The notes under the pieces were generated by a model that was given only the letters and a program-made list of their open reading frames with translations, did no database searches and was not told the origin of the DNA. Positions 36,070-46,441 of a stretch of 64,000 bases of DNA are shown here, one piece after another. Origin of the DNA: an uncultured Candidatus Saccharibacteria bacterium (lineage in GTDB: Bacteria > Patescibacteriota > Minisyncoccia > Phycocordibacterales > UBA6065); contig CAZBVG010000001.1 of NCBI GenBank assembly GCA_964495425.1, forward strand, positions 20,054 through 84,053, written 5' to 3'. The stretch's first letter is position 1. Each line of letters begins with the position of its first letter. Both the position numbers and the translations under genes were made by a program.

Positions 36070-36858
36070 ATGAACGACACTCAATTTAATAAAGGAATAG
36101 AACAGCTCAAACACATCTCGCTTAGTCAAAGCGAGAAGCAAAAGATGCTTTCTGAAATTACCGTATATGCGGACTTCCACGCACCAAAAACTACACCAAA
36201 GAAATCTGTGGAATTTTGGTCATGGTCATTCTTTCAAGCGCATAGTGCTCTTGCCGTTCGAGCACTCACTCTCGTTCTTATTGTGGGTGGAACTTCATAT
36301 ATGGCGGACAAATCTCTTCCGGGTGACATCCTCTACCCTTTCAAAGTCAACGTTAATGAACCGCTATACGGTAGCCTATTAAAAACCGAGGAGGACAAAG
36401 CTGCCTGGAATTCAAATAGATTTATACGCCGTCTTGAAGAAGCGGAAGCTCTTGCACGTGACGGCAAACTTAACGAATCTTCTCTCGCAGAAGTTGAGCG
36501 TCAAATAGATGCGCGCTTTGCAGACATTCAAGGCACATCTCAAAATTCTATAGAGAGTGCAGCGTTTGATACAAGCGTTGCTTCAGATGCACGCATGGCG
36601 GGAAGTCAGGCAAAATTTGCCGCATCAGCACAAGAGCCGGAATCAGCCACCCCAACTCTTATGATGCAAGCAAATATGCAGACGGAATTCTTTGCAACAA
36701 CGACAGAAGAAAAAGATGCGCTTGAACAAAAAATTGAGGAGCATACAAAAATTCTTGAAAGCCTTATACGAGATGGCGCCGGCGAGCATAACGTACTGAT
36801 CCGCAGACTCCAGATAAAGCTTGAGGAAAAAGCATCATTACGATCACAGAATAAATAA
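36070..36858 (+). CDS. putative anti-sigma factor / DUF5667-like single-TM protein
   Basis: Starts 2 bp after the sigma stop. One TM helix and a long acidic/coiled extracytoplasmic region. Confidence 0.55.
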   Translation: MNDTQFNKGIEQLKHISLSQSEKQKMLSEITVYADFHAPKTTPKKSVEFWSWSFFQAHSALAVRALTLVLIVGGTSYMADKSLPGDILYPFKVNVNEPLYGSLLKTEEDKAAWNSNRFIRRLEEAEALARDGKLNESSLAEVERQIDARFADIQGTSQNSIESAAFDTSVASDARMAGSQAKFAASAQEPESATPTLMMQANMQTEFFATTTEEKDALEQKIEEHTKILESLIRDGAGEHNVLIRRLQIKLEEKASLRSQNK

Positions 36859-36860
36859 CA

Positions 36861-36884
36861 TAAGGCGCCTCATGGGCGCCTTAT
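36861..36884. terminator. bidirectional hairpin TAAGGCGCC-tcatg-GGCGCCTTA
   Basis: 9-bp stem between convergent genes. Confidence 0.65.
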
Positions 36885-36887
36885 GCA

Positions 36888-37085
36888 TTACGGATATTCA
36901 TTAATTACTCTGCGTGTCTGAACAGGATAATATTTTGTCTGACCATACGTGGTGTAGTGCGGCTGTCCTTGTGAAATCTTTGAATAATTATTAACCACAC
37001 TGCGGCCAGCATAGACGGAAGTTGGCATAAGGGTTGCAGCAACAATACAGAGAGAGCCAAACAGAACTAGCAGTTGTTTACTCAT
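36888..37085 (-). CDS. small secreted hypothetical protein
   Basis: Start at the internal ATG (MSKQLLVLFGSLCIVAATLM signal peptide). Tyr/Gln-rich mature part. Confidence 0.4.
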   Translation of the reverse strand: MSKQLLVLFGSLCIVAATLMPTSVYAGRSVVNNYSKISQGQPHYTTYGQTKYYPVQTRRVINEYP

Positions 37086-37186
37086 ATGATTTTCGGTTAT
37101 CGCTTGTAAGACCCTTCCATATATAAGACGCTTCAAATACATGTTTTGTGCCACAGGAAAACCTGATAGAATGAATACTTCAATTC

Positions 37187-37783
37187 ATGGAACTCAAATT
37201 TTACATAGGTGTTCTGGCTGGTATTTTTTCCCTCGCAGGTTATGTTCCTTATGCCTTCGAAATTATTCGCGGTAAGCAGAAACCTCAACGTGCCGCTTGG
37301 CTCATTTGGACCCTCACAAGCTCACTTATCGCACTAAGCTATTTCCAACTTGGCGCATGGGAAACTCTCTGGGTACCAATCGCCTATGTCATTGGTACGG
37401 GATGCATTACTCTCCTTTCGCTTATGAAAGGTAGCGAAGGCTGGGGCTTTCTTGAACGCATCAGCCTCATTGCAGCAATTGTGAGCGCGGTACGCTGGGT
37501 GTTTTTTGATAACGTGCTCTTCACCCTACTCATAAATCTCTCCCTTTCATTTTCAAGTTACGTTAACCGTATTAAAAAACTGGCCGCAACTATTTCTCAG
37601 GAAGAAGAAGATTTGCCTGGATGGACATTTTATTTTCTTGGAGCGCTTTGCAACATGTTTGCTATTACTACATGGAGCATAGAAATAAGCACACTGCCCA
37701 TCGTGTACTTTTTGATGAATGGAATCACCTTTTTCCTCATCATGAGAAACCACCTCCGGAAAAAGAAAGGTGTCACTGTATAA
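37187..37783 (+). CDS. hypothetical polytopic membrane protein (possible PQ-loop type)
   Basis: 198 aa with 5-6 TM helices and an AFEIIRGKQKPQ motif. Confidence 0.5.
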   Translation: MELKFYIGVLAGIFSLAGYVPYAFEIIRGKQKPQRAAWLIWTLTSSLIALSYFQLGAWETLWVPIAYVIGTGCITLLSLMKGSEGWGFLERISLIAAIVSAVRWVFFDNVLFTLLINLSLSFSSYVNRIKKLAATISQEEEDLPGWTFYFLGALCNMFAITTWSIEISTLPIVYFLMNGITFFLIMRNHLRKKKGVTV

Positions 37784-37938
37784 GCTGTCAACGGCATACT
37801 CAAAAAATGGCTCTATGGAGCCACACAAAAGCGCTGCTTGCGCGTGATACGAGCATCCTATATACTGCCCGCGCTCCAGAAAACACCACCACGAAAGTAC
37901 GCCTTTAGCATGCGGTGTAGGTTAAGCAGCAACTATAT

Positions 37939-39372
37939 TTGATGAAAATTTCTTTTGGTAGTTTTGGTTTGTTATGTGCAAGTGTATTTATCGGTATCTG
38001 TGTGTACGGAGCACCGTCTATCGCAGAAGCAAATGAATCAGTTGAAGTTTGGTGGCCGACGCAAGGTGTAGTCCTTGAGGGAACACAGCCACTTAAAGCA
38101 ATTCTGAAAGACTCACACATTAATAACTACGTGATGTTTTGGCAGGTAGATGGTGGATCGTATGTACAAATGTATAACAGCTCTATTGATTATCCTCATA
38201 AAGAAGCGATGATCGACGTAACGAATTGGAATTGGAATTCAAGCGGTGAATATAAAATATCTTTTATAGCCCAGGATTTGTCGGGAAAGGAAATAAGCAG
38301 GACTTCTGTTCTCATAAAACATACAGTCCCATCTCCTGCCCCAATCAAAGTACCCGCTACTACTACTTCTCAGAAGGTAGCAAATGTTTCAACGGTTTCA
38401 GGAATCCTCTCATCCGTTAAAGCGGAAGTGGTTACACCACCTGTAGTACAAGCGCCTGTTACAACCGTAACTCCCCCAGCTGTTACCGCCCCTCTTACTC
38501 CTGTTGCTTCGATTGGCACAAAACTCTACGTTGATCCACAAAATCCCGCTTTACATCAAGCACTACAGTGGATTGGCTCACGCCCGAATGATGCACTTGT
38601 AATGCAAAAATTAGGCGCTGAAGCGAGTGCTATCTGGCTTGGTGGCTGGAACGCGGATGTGCAAAAAGATGTACAGACCACGATAGCGAAAGCAAAGAAA
38701 GAAGATTCAATTGCAACCTTTATTGCGTATAACGTTCCAGGACGAGACTGTGGAAGTTATTCCGCAGGTGGACTTGGTTCAAAAAGCGCATATCTATCTT
38801 GGATTACACAAATCTCAAATGGCTTAGGTGATGGAAAAGCAATCGTCGTACTTGAACCAGATGCTCTCGCAGGAATTGAGTGTCTCTCATCCAAAGGAAA
38901 AGAAGATCGATACGCAATGCTATCAAGCGCCCTCGATATCTTCAAAGCGAATAAAAATACAAAAGTGTACCTCGACGCAGGACATGCACAATGGATAGAT
39001 GTTGATGAAATGGCGGCACGCCTCAAAAAAGCAGGTATCTCAAAAGCTGACGGATTCTCACTTAACGTATCAAACTTTGTTTCTACGTCTGAAAATATTG
39101 TGTACGGCGAAAAATTGTCGAAAGCTATCGATAATGCACATTTCATAATCGATACCTCACGAAACGGTAATGGATCGAATGGCGAATGGTGTAACCCAAG
39201 CGGAAGAGCTCTCGGACAAAGACCGACCTTTGAAACAAAGAATTCTCTTATTGACGCGTTTCTGTGGCTCAAAAAGCCAGGTGAATCTGATGGCTCATGT
39301 AACGGAGGACCAAACGCCGGAGAATGGTGGCCGGAATACGGGCTCGGTCTCGCAAAAAGAGCAGGCTTCTAG
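37939..39372 (+). CDS. glycoside hydrolase family 6 (cellulase/cellobiohydrolase-like) with N-terminal domain and Pro/Thr/Val linker
   Basis: GH6 blocks: NVPGRDCG, VLEPDALAG, YLDAGHAQW, and FLWLKKPGESDG with GEWCN. TTG start. Confidence 0.8.
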   Translation: MMKISFGSFGLLCASVFIGICVYGAPSIAEANESVEVWWPTQGVVLEGTQPLKAILKDSHINNYVMFWQVDGGSYVQMYNSSIDYPHKEAMIDVTNWNWNSSGEYKISFIAQDLSGKEISRTSVLIKHTVPSPAPIKVPATTTSQKVANVSTVSGILSSVKAEVVTPPVVQAPVTTVTPPAVTAPLTPVASIGTKLYVDPQNPALHQALQWIGSRPNDALVMQKLGAEASAIWLGGWNADVQKDVQTTIAKAKKEDSIATFIAYNVPGRDCGSYSAGGLGSKSAYLSWITQISNGLGDGKAIVVLEPDALAGIECLSSKGKEDRYAMLSSALDIFKANKNTKVYLDAGHAQWIDVDEMAARLKKAGISKADGFSLNVSNFVSTSENIVYGEKLSKAIDNAHFIIDTSRNGNGSNGEWCNPSGRALGQRPTFETKNSLIDAFLWLKKPGESDGSCNGGPNAGEWWPEYGLGLAKRAGF

Positions 39373-40937
39373 GCACTCTGCCCAACCTTCTGTGAAATAA
39401 CTTTCAGTCGCGCTACCGCAACACGTTCTGGGATAAATATGAGTCTGTAAATATGTGACAGATATTTCTTCATGAGACCTTCAGGGGCTGACGCGAATAT
39501 ATACGGCAGTAAAATTCCCACATCGAATGCCGCCCACGCGAGATTGTTTATCACCGAAGCAGAGAGACCTTCTCGCATAAGAGCAACAGGAACACTTCCA
39601 AGAGCTAGCGCCACATAGAGTATGTGCGGGAGTGTAAGATGTAAAAAGTTTCCTTCAAGACCAACCTTTGAGGTAATGGCAAAAGAAACTTTCTGCTTTG
39701 TTACAACTGACCAGAGGGCTTGAATATGAATCCAAAATGCACCCATAGAAAACGAAAGCGCTCTAAATGAGAATCTTCGATTTGATGTAGAGGCAAGGAC
39801 CCCGATCGTAAGGAACATGTACGGAATGAATATGAGCGCAAGGAGCATTGTGTCAATTTTCACAGGAATGATTCCAGTGTAAAGAAACAACACTGGCAAC
39901 AGAATATTCATAAGCACAACCACTCCAGATAAAAAGTATGTCACAGATGAGAGGTACTGAATTTTCTGCATGAAGGTAAGCCCGCGCCTAAAGAAAAGAT
40001 TGTACTTAAAAAGCACATCGAGCGCTCCTCTCGTCCAACGAAACTGCTGCTTTGTGTATGACAGAAAATCTTCAGGAGCAAGACCCTCAGCAAGCACTTC
40101 GGGCACATAAACAGATTTCCAGCCTTTCTCGTGGATAAAAACTCCGGTGACAAAGTCTTCGGCAATTGATTCCGCCATACCTCCTACCCCTACAAGTGCC
40201 TCTCGACGAATTACCATATTGGTTCCACACATTGTCACTGCGTTAAATCGATTTTTACCGCGACAGATCGGTCCAAAGAAGATCTCCTGCTGCTCCCATG
40301 AACTTAAAGCGACCGCGTTCACATATGCGTTCTTATAAAATTGAGGTGTTTGTACAAAGCCCAATTTTTTATCGACAAAGTAACACATTGTCTTTCTCAA
40401 AAATTGAGTATGCGGTACATGATCAGCGTCAAATATAACGATATAAGGTGAATCCGTAAGAGCGGTCGCGTTATTGATATTTCCCGCTTTCGCCCCACCT
40501 GGAACCTGGCGAGTAATACAATTCACATTGAGCCTTTCAGCGAGCTTGATAATGTCTTTCCAATTATCTCTTTTTGCGACAAACCCATCATTTAAGATGT
40601 AAATAGTGTGAGATGGATAATCCATATCCCGCGCCGCAGTTACTGTTTTCTCAACGATATCAACCGGCTCACCAGCCACTGTAATAAAGACATCAACAGG
40701 TGGTAAAAATGTATCATCGGATTGTGGTTTATAGTTCATCTTCCAAACCGTAATAAGGTATGTGAGCGCTTGCCATGTATGGAATATTTCTCCAGCAATG
40801 AGGATCCAAAACAAAATTTCATTTCCGTGTGGAAACAAAAAAGCAATAATGAAGAAATACACTATCGCCATAACAAAATTTGCAATGACAAGCCATCGCT
40901 TTGGTACGCTATGTAAGAAGTCGTGTTTTGAAGGCAT
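39369..40937 (-). CDS. family 2 processive beta-glycosyltransferase, cellulose-synthase (BcsA/CelA)-like, membrane
   Basis: D, DxD (FDADH), TED-like and QQFRWTRGA (QxxRW) motifs in a polytopic membrane protein. No PilZ domain evident. Confidence 0.85.
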   Translation of the reverse strand: MPSKHDFLHSVPKRWLVIANFVMAIVYFFIIAFLFPHGNEILFWILIAGEIFHTWQALTYLITVWKMNYKPQSDDTFLPPVDVFITVAGEPVDIVEKTVTAARDMDYPSHTIYILNDGFVAKRDNWKDIIKLAERLNVNCITRQVPGGAKAGNINNATALTDSPYIVIFDADHVPHTQFLRKTMCYFVDKKLGFVQTPQFYKNAYVNAVALSSWEQQEIFFGPICRGKNRFNAVTMCGTNMVIRREALVGVGGMAESIAEDFVTGVFIHEKGWKSVYVPEVLAEGLAPEDFLSYTKQQFRWTRGALDVLFKYNLFFRRGLTFMQKIQYLSSVTYFLSGVVVLMNILLPVLFLYTGIIPVKIDTMLLALIFIPYMFLTIGVLASTSNRRFSFRALSFSMGAFWIHIQALWSVVTKQKVSFAITSKVGLEGNFLHLTLPHILYVALALGSVPVALMREGLSASVINNLAWAAFDVGILLPYIFASAPEGLMKKYLSHIYRLIFIPERVAVARLKVISQKVGQSA

Positions 40938-40942
40938 ATTCG

Positions 40943-42421
40943 CTATATATATCTAAGCCTGTATACATATAACGTCAGACCAGGTGAAAAAGGCTTCACT
41001 TCAAGTCTTTGATAGTGTGTATCCATATATAAACGAACATCTTCCTCGTACCCTTGGTCATAACCCAAAAGCAAATACATATCCTCGTATACCGCAGCAA
41101 ACTCCTTCATACGGGTTTCTATTAGGTCGGGAGAATACGGCTCAGGCACAAGGCTTTCTGTATATCTTTCCCATTTTGGGAATGTGGTGAGACGAGCTTT
41201 ACCATCGTAATAATATTCCACAGGATAGGTAATAAACGGCGCCGAAACTACAAAAATATCACTTGGCTGTGCTCGACGCTCGATATACTCAACAGCAGAC
41301 TTGTAATTTTCTTTGACTGGAGAACGCATCTCGCCCGCCTGAACAGCAAGCATGAGCACCATAAACACTATGAGAACTGATACCGCAAAATCACCTATCT
41401 TCCCTTTATAAGACGAAAGATAATACACCGCCAGAATATAAATCGAAGGTAAACAAATAATGAGATATCGAGACAAAAAAAGTGGCTGAAGAAGCGCACT
41501 CACAACGAATGCCATGATAATGGGCAAAAAAGAAGCAATTATAAAATACATCGTCTCTGATTCATGCTCCCTTCTCTTTGAAATAAAGGTAAATCCCACA
41601 AGCACCAAAATCGGCCACAACGACAAGAGAATGGTATTTAATGAATCCGTTTGGAAACCAATAAAGAAATTGGAGAACACGTTAAAAAAGTCAAAGCTTG
41701 TTGGTCGAGCTAGTACTGGGTCATTCAATCCTGCACCAACGATGTTTCGATACCAGAACCACGCTCCAACACATGACAAAGCCACAAGGGCTATAAGTGA
41801 AAATCGAGCGCTTGATCTAGGTGCAAATAACGTTCGGTGGGTAAGGAAAAACACAACCTGTACCACAACAACGAAAGCAAAGAAAAAATGAGTAAAGAGG
41901 CCTACAATCGAAACAATCGCGTAGTAATACCAATATGAAGTTTGTGGAGCTTTCCAGAGACGAACAAATAATAAATGGCTACATGTTGTGAGCAAAAATA
42001 TAAGTGAATACATTCGCGCCTCAGATCCATACCAATTCAAAAACGGTGAAACAGCGGTCATCAATGCGACGCCATATGCAACCCGATAGTTATATGATTC
42101 TTTTGCGAGATAAAAAATTGCCGGTAATGCTAAAAAAAAGAATAATAGTGAAAAAAATCGAATTGTGAAAAGCCCAGTGCCGAAGAGCACTTCCCAGAAA
42201 TGCAGACCTACGAAATAAAAAGGCACGTGAACATCCTTTGCAATGATTGTTAAGACACCGGGTAAGTCACGACTTGTCTGCCAAATACTTTGTGCCTCAT
42301 CGAGCCTAATACCCTGTTTCATCCACACAAAAAAAGACATGACAGCAACAAAGCCGATAAGCATTCCTAAATACATTCCCGGGTGAACGAATTTTTCTGT
42401 TTTAGAAATTCGATACAGCAT
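40943..42421 (-). CDS. GT39/GT83-type (ArnT/PMT-like) membrane glycosyltransferase
   Basis: At least 11 TM helices. The N-terminal loop with conserved acidic residues is typical of the PMT_2/ArnT family. Confidence 0.7.
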   Translation of the reverse strand: MLYRISKTEKFVHPGMYLGMLIGFVAVMSFFVWMKQGIRLDEAQSIWQTSRDLPGVLTIIAKDVHVPFYFVGLHFWEVLFGTGLFTIRFFSLLFFFLALPAIFYLAKESYNYRVAYGVALMTAVSPFLNWYGSEARMYSLIFLLTTCSHLLFVRLWKAPQTSYWYYYAIVSIVGLFTHFFFAFVVVVQVVFFLTHRTLFAPRSSARFSLIALVALSCVGAWFWYRNIVGAGLNDPVLARPTSFDFFNVFSNFFIGFQTDSLNTILLSLWPILVLVGFTFISKRREHESETMYFIIASFLPIIMAFVVSALLQPLFLSRYLIICLPSIYILAVYYLSSYKGKIGDFAVSVLIVFMVLMLAVQAGEMRSPVKENYKSAVEYIERRAQPSDIFVVSAPFITYPVEYYYDGKARLTTFPKWERYTESLVPEPYSPDLIETRMKEFAAVYEDMYLLLGYDQGYEEDVRLYMDTHYQRLEVKPFSPGLTLYVYRLRYI

Positions 42422-42422
42422 A

Positions 42423-43673
42423 TTAATTGTTTACACCGTACAAATCAGGTGTCTTTTGTAAGTAGAGCGCCATACCAAACCAACCCCAATTTTCATCATA
42501 GTAACTTTGTTCTTTTGACCATTTGGACTCATTCGTATCGTAGAGTCTTTCAAGTTTGTTGATATATATTTCATGGGCCATGGATGGATTTGTAACCATG
42601 AAATACCCTAAGCTGCCTCCATACATTGATAGCGCTTCGAGATCAATAAGACGGTTTCCATCATGAGAATATGAAGCCGTGAGTGAACCTCGGGTATTCC
42701 ACTCTTGTTGCAAATGACCAATTTTATCGAGCACAGCCTTCGCTCGCGGATCTTTTGTAAGTGAATAGTCGAGTGCGAATCTCCACGGCAAACGAAGCGC
42801 ATCAAAGCTAAAGCGTGTCGTTAATCCTGATGATGGATCAGGAGCATACATTTCCCCGGTATTTCTATCCAGAAGCACCCAATCTGGAGGTAAATGAGCA
42901 GATGCGTTTGTGTCGAGATCAAGCTCAATCGATCGAGCCGCAACATCATATGAAGTCTCAGCGAGCCCGAGCCAGTTATGATCAGGATCGGCCTTCGCAA
43001 ATACCTTGTATGTATACGGCGAAAGATACGAGGGATTCACTATAATTGTTGATTTATTAGTAGACTTCTCGAGATTATTTGCAGCAAGGTATGGCTTACC
43101 ATTGATAATCACTACCTCCTCTGCCCAGATATCACGAATAATACCAATCGCATCACCGAAATAGGCTTCATCATTCCAACGTTTTGAAGCAAACAAAAGC
43201 GCGAGAGCAATATCTTCATCAGCATCACTTGCAGTATTATTTCCCCCTTGTTCAGTCAACACGCCGTATTCCCCGTCTTCTCGCTCACCAAAAAGCCAGC
43301 TAATCAAGAGATCGTCGTCTCTTTGAAGATTGTCCTTGGTCCATTGCCATGTGGTATCAAACGTCTCTTTATCATCCATCCAGACAGCTCGGAGCATAGT
43401 GTAGCTCTGTCCTTCAGACGTGGTAATGTCATTTTGCTGCTTATCAAGACTTCTCAGTGTACCAGGTTCCAGGTAGTTATTTTTATATTGGTGCCACAAA
43501 GCCCGGAGCATAGTGTCCTTTGAAAATTCTTCTGGTCGCGCATCGATAATATTCCGAATATTGAGTGCGAAAAGGATAATGAGGCCAAGGGTAATTACAA
43601 TCGAGCTGAAAACTACGAGGCGTAACTGGTTGGTGTTCGGTTGCATAATGCTTAGGAAAACTAAAGGGCTCAT
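42423..43673 (-). CDS. glycoside hydrolase family 8 endoglucanase (BcsZ-like), membrane-anchored
   Basis: TSEGQSYTM matches the GH8 signature xSEGQxYGM. DEDIALALL second block. N-terminal TM anchor. Confidence 0.8.
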   Translation of the reverse strand: MSPLVFLSIMQPNTNQLRLVVFSSIVITLGLIILFALNIRNIIDARPEEFSKDTMLRALWHQYKNNYLEPGTLRSLDKQQNDITTSEGQSYTMLRAVWMDDKETFDTTWQWTKDNLQRDDDLLISWLFGEREDGEYGVLTEQGGNNTASDADEDIALALLFASKRWNDEAYFGDAIGIIRDIWAEEVVIINGKPYLAANNLEKSTNKSTIIVNPSYLSPYTYKVFAKADPDHNWLGLAETSYDVAARSIELDLDTNASAHLPPDWVLLDRNTGEMYAPDPSSGLTTRFSFDALRLPWRFALDYSLTKDPRAKAVLDKIGHLQQEWNTRGSLTASYSHDGNRLIDLEALSMYGGSLGYFMVTNPSMAHEIYINKLERLYDTNESKWSKEQSYYDENWGWFGMALYLQKTPDLYGVNN

Positions 43674-43764
43674 GAGTACTACGCAACAAATAGCGGTTTT
43701 CGCACCTTTACTAAAATCACAGTGTATTTTCTAATTTTAAACATGCGTCTGCTATAATATCTCC

Positions 43765-44616
43765 ATGAAAACCATAGCCATTTATCATAAAGACTGTACT
43801 GACGGAACAAGCGCGGCGGCGGTAGTTTTAAAAAAATATCCTGATGCTCTCCTTTTTCCTTTGGGTCATAACTTTGAGTCTCACGAGCTTGAGCCGCTCA
43901 TGTCGCTCGCAAAGAAAGGTGATCGAATCCTTATGGTCGATTGTGTTATCGGAGTACCCGAATTTTTGAAAGCGGGTTTTGATGTTACTGCAATCGACCA
44001 TCACATAGGTATTCAAAAAGAAATGGAAGCGTTAGCAAAATCACATACAGCATTCACCTATGTGTTTGATAATACTCAATCAGGTGCAACCTTGTGTTGG
44101 CAGTACTTATTTCCTAAAGAAAAAATGCCTGAGCTTCTCAAGTATGTGGCAGATGCTGATATATGGACGTGGAAATATGGTGAAGAAACAAAATACGCAA
44201 ACAGCTTTCTTGTCTCATTTCAGAATAAACCCGAGGAAATGCTTGCTCTGTTTGATGCACCCATTGAACCACTTATGCATACGGGAAAAATTATTACTGA
44301 ATATGCCGATGATATGGTAAAGCACGCAGTAGAAAAAACCGAACCTATCTATCTTATGATCGGTACGCACAAAGTTCCCTTCTACAACATCACCGTCCTC
44401 AAATCAGAAAGCGGCAATAAACTTTCCGCACTCCGCAATGAGCCGGTGGCATTGTTTTCAATAGACGGCATGCGCGTAAAAATAAGTTTCAGAAGCATCG
44501 ACGGTCAAAAGCCTCAAGCAATCGAACTCGCACAAGCAATCGGCGGAAATGGTCACAAAAATGCCGCTGGAGCAATGCTTCCGTTACCAGAATTCATTAA
44601 GGCGCTCGTTCCATAA
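43765..44616 (+). CDS. DHH/DHHA1 family phosphoesterase (NrnA-like nanoRNase/pAp phosphatase)
   Basis: DCTDG, VDCVIG, AIDHH (DHH) and GGNGHKNAAGA (GGGH) motifs. Confidence 0.8.
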   Translation: MKTIAIYHKDCTDGTSAAAVVLKKYPDALLFPLGHNFESHELEPLMSLAKKGDRILMVDCVIGVPEFLKAGFDVTAIDHHIGIQKEMEALAKSHTAFTYVFDNTQSGATLCWQYLFPKEKMPELLKYVADADIWTWKYGEETKYANSFLVSFQNKPEEMLALFDAPIEPLMHTGKIITEYADDMVKHAVEKTEPIYLMIGTHKVPFYNITVLKSESGNKLSALRNEPVALFSIDGMRVKISFRSIDGQKPQAIELAQAIGGNGHKNAAGAMLPLPEFIKALVP

Positions 44617-44617
44617 A

Positions 44618-44651
44618 TCAAAAACTGCACCGAACAAACTCGGTGCAGTTT
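44618..44651 (+). terminator. rho-independent terminator ACTGCACCGA-acaaac-TCGGTGCAGT + TTTTGTTT
   Basis: 10-bp perfect stem plus T-run. Confidence 0.85.
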
Positions 44652-45161
44652 TTGTTTATGCGATAGGATTCCTACCCTGTATCACACGGATGAGGAACAT
44701 GACAACCGCTATCACAAGAAGGATGTGAATAAAGCCACCTACTGTGTATGAAGTCACAAGCCCCAATACCCACAGAATAAGGAGAATTGTAGCGATAGTT
44801 ACGAGCATAAGAGTTTAAATTAATACGAGTAATTGATTGGTAGACGGTCATCAAGGTTCCCCAATGCACATGCCCCCAGAGAGGGGGCATGTCTTGCTTT
44901 TGGACCGGAAAATCCGGGAGCTTTAGTGAGGGAATCACCAAGCTCAAAGCGTAAATTCCCTTGCAGCACTATTTTTTTGATCTTTTGAGATTGTGTTATG
45001 TACAAAGAGCACCTATCTCTAATACGCCACCACAACCTAAAAGTAGTCTGTACAAACAAATTATTCTGTATCGTACTTTTTTAAAAACTGTATCGCCCTT
45101 TAGAAACAATCGTGTCAATGAGCCCGTACTATTTTTGCGGAATCATAAACCGACACATAGC

Positions 45162-45635
45162 ATGAATACATACAAGCGAAATATAGTATCGCCATTTAAG
45201 GAGTATGCAAAATTTTGTGCCACTGGTCTTATAAATACTAGTATCGATTTTTTAATCCTAAACTCGTTACTATTTTTTATTACCACCACACCAAAAGAAG
45301 CTACTTATATTAGCTTCAAAACACTTTCCTTCTTGGGTGCGGTAATCTTCAGCTATTTCCTAAACCGAACATGGGTCTTTGCCCACCAAACAAAAAATAA
45401 AACCGTAAATTTTAAAGAAAGCAGCAAATTTCTTGTTGTGAGTGTAATTGGGCTTCTCGTAAACGTGGGCATTTCATATCTCATCTTCTCTGCCTTTGCG
45501 AACACAAACATTGCCCACCCAGTACTTGGAGCAAACATAGCGGCTCTTCTCGCCACCTTCTGCACCATGCTCTGGAATTTTACGGGCTATAAATTCTTTG
45601 TCTTTAACAATCCTATTAGCCAACGAATCATATGA
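45162..45635 (+). CDS. GtrA family membrane protein
   Basis: KFCATGLINTSIDFLILNSLLFF is typical of GtrA. 4 TM helices. Start at the internal ATG. 4-bp overlap with the downstream GT2. Confidence 0.7.
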   Translation: MNTYKRNIVSPFKEYAKFCATGLINTSIDFLILNSLLFFITTTPKEATYISFKTLSFLGAVIFSYFLNRTWVFAHQTKNKTVNFKESSKFLVVSVIGLLVNVGISYLIFSAFANTNIAHPVLGANIAALLATFCTMLWNFTGYKFFVFNNPISQRII

Positions 45636-46381
45636 ACCCCCTACTTTCTGTCATCGTGCCTGCATATAATGAATCGAAACGAATCGGTGTTACTCTCAAG
45701 GACCTAAAACGTTATTTTGCAACGAAGGCTTATTCCTATGAAATTATAGTTGTAAATGATGGATCAACAGATGACACAACCATTGTCGTACAAAAGTTTC
45801 AAATCGGATTTCCTCAGTTAAAGCTTATAGACAACAAAGAAAATCACGGCAAAGGATATGCTGTTAAATGTGGCATGCTTGCTGCAAAAGGCCATTACAG
45901 GCTTTTTATGGATGCTGATAATTCAGTAAAAATCGATACACTTGATGAATTTTTTGACGAAATGCAGCGTAATGATCACGATATTGTTATTGGATCTATT
46001 GCCCTCTCAAACCTGTCTGTTATCGAACACAATGGCTGGCACAGACGTATATTTGGCTCAATTTCAAAATTCATAATTAGAACCGTTGCTACTCCAGGTA
46101 TTTATGACACACAGCGTGGGTTTAAACTCTTTAGCAGCAGAGCTGCACGAATCCTTTTTCCACTACAAAAAATCAGTCGTTTTGGGTTTGATATAGAAAT
46201 TCTGACGATTGCTCAAATCCATGGACTTTCTATTAAAGAGAAGCCGGTTGAATGGGACAATCCCGATGGCTCAACGGTAAAAATGAAAGCATACCTCGAC
46301 TCACTCATTGAGCTTGGCCAAATCTGTATTAACAAGTTACGAGGAGAATACAATCGATCTCCGAGAGGATATACTTCATAA
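45632..46381 (+). CDS. family 2 glycosyltransferase (dolichol-phosphate-sugar synthase/GtrB-like)
   Basis: SVIVPAYNE...VVNDGSTDDT...DAD DxD motif. Confidence 0.85.
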   Translation: MNPLLSVIVPAYNESKRIGVTLKDLKRYFATKAYSYEIIVVNDGSTDDTTIVVQKFQIGFPQLKLIDNKENHGKGYAVKCGMLAAKGHYRLFMDADNSVKIDTLDEFFDEMQRNDHDIVIGSIALSNLSVIEHNGWHRRIFGSISKFIIRTVATPGIYDTQRGFKLFSSRAARILFPLQKISRFGFDIEILTIAQIHGLSIKEKPVEWDNPDGSTVKMKAYLDSLIELGQICINKLRGEYNRSPRGYTS

Positions 46382-46393
46382 CAGGACATATGA

Positions 46394-46420
46394 AAAATCC
46401 CGCGCATGGCGGGATTTTTC
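46394..46420. terminator. bidirectional terminator AAATCCCGC-gcatg-GCGGGATTT + TTTC
   Basis: 9-bp stem with flanking A/T runs. Confidence 0.8.
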
Positions 46421-46441
46421 TACTCTAGACTCATTGTGAGT

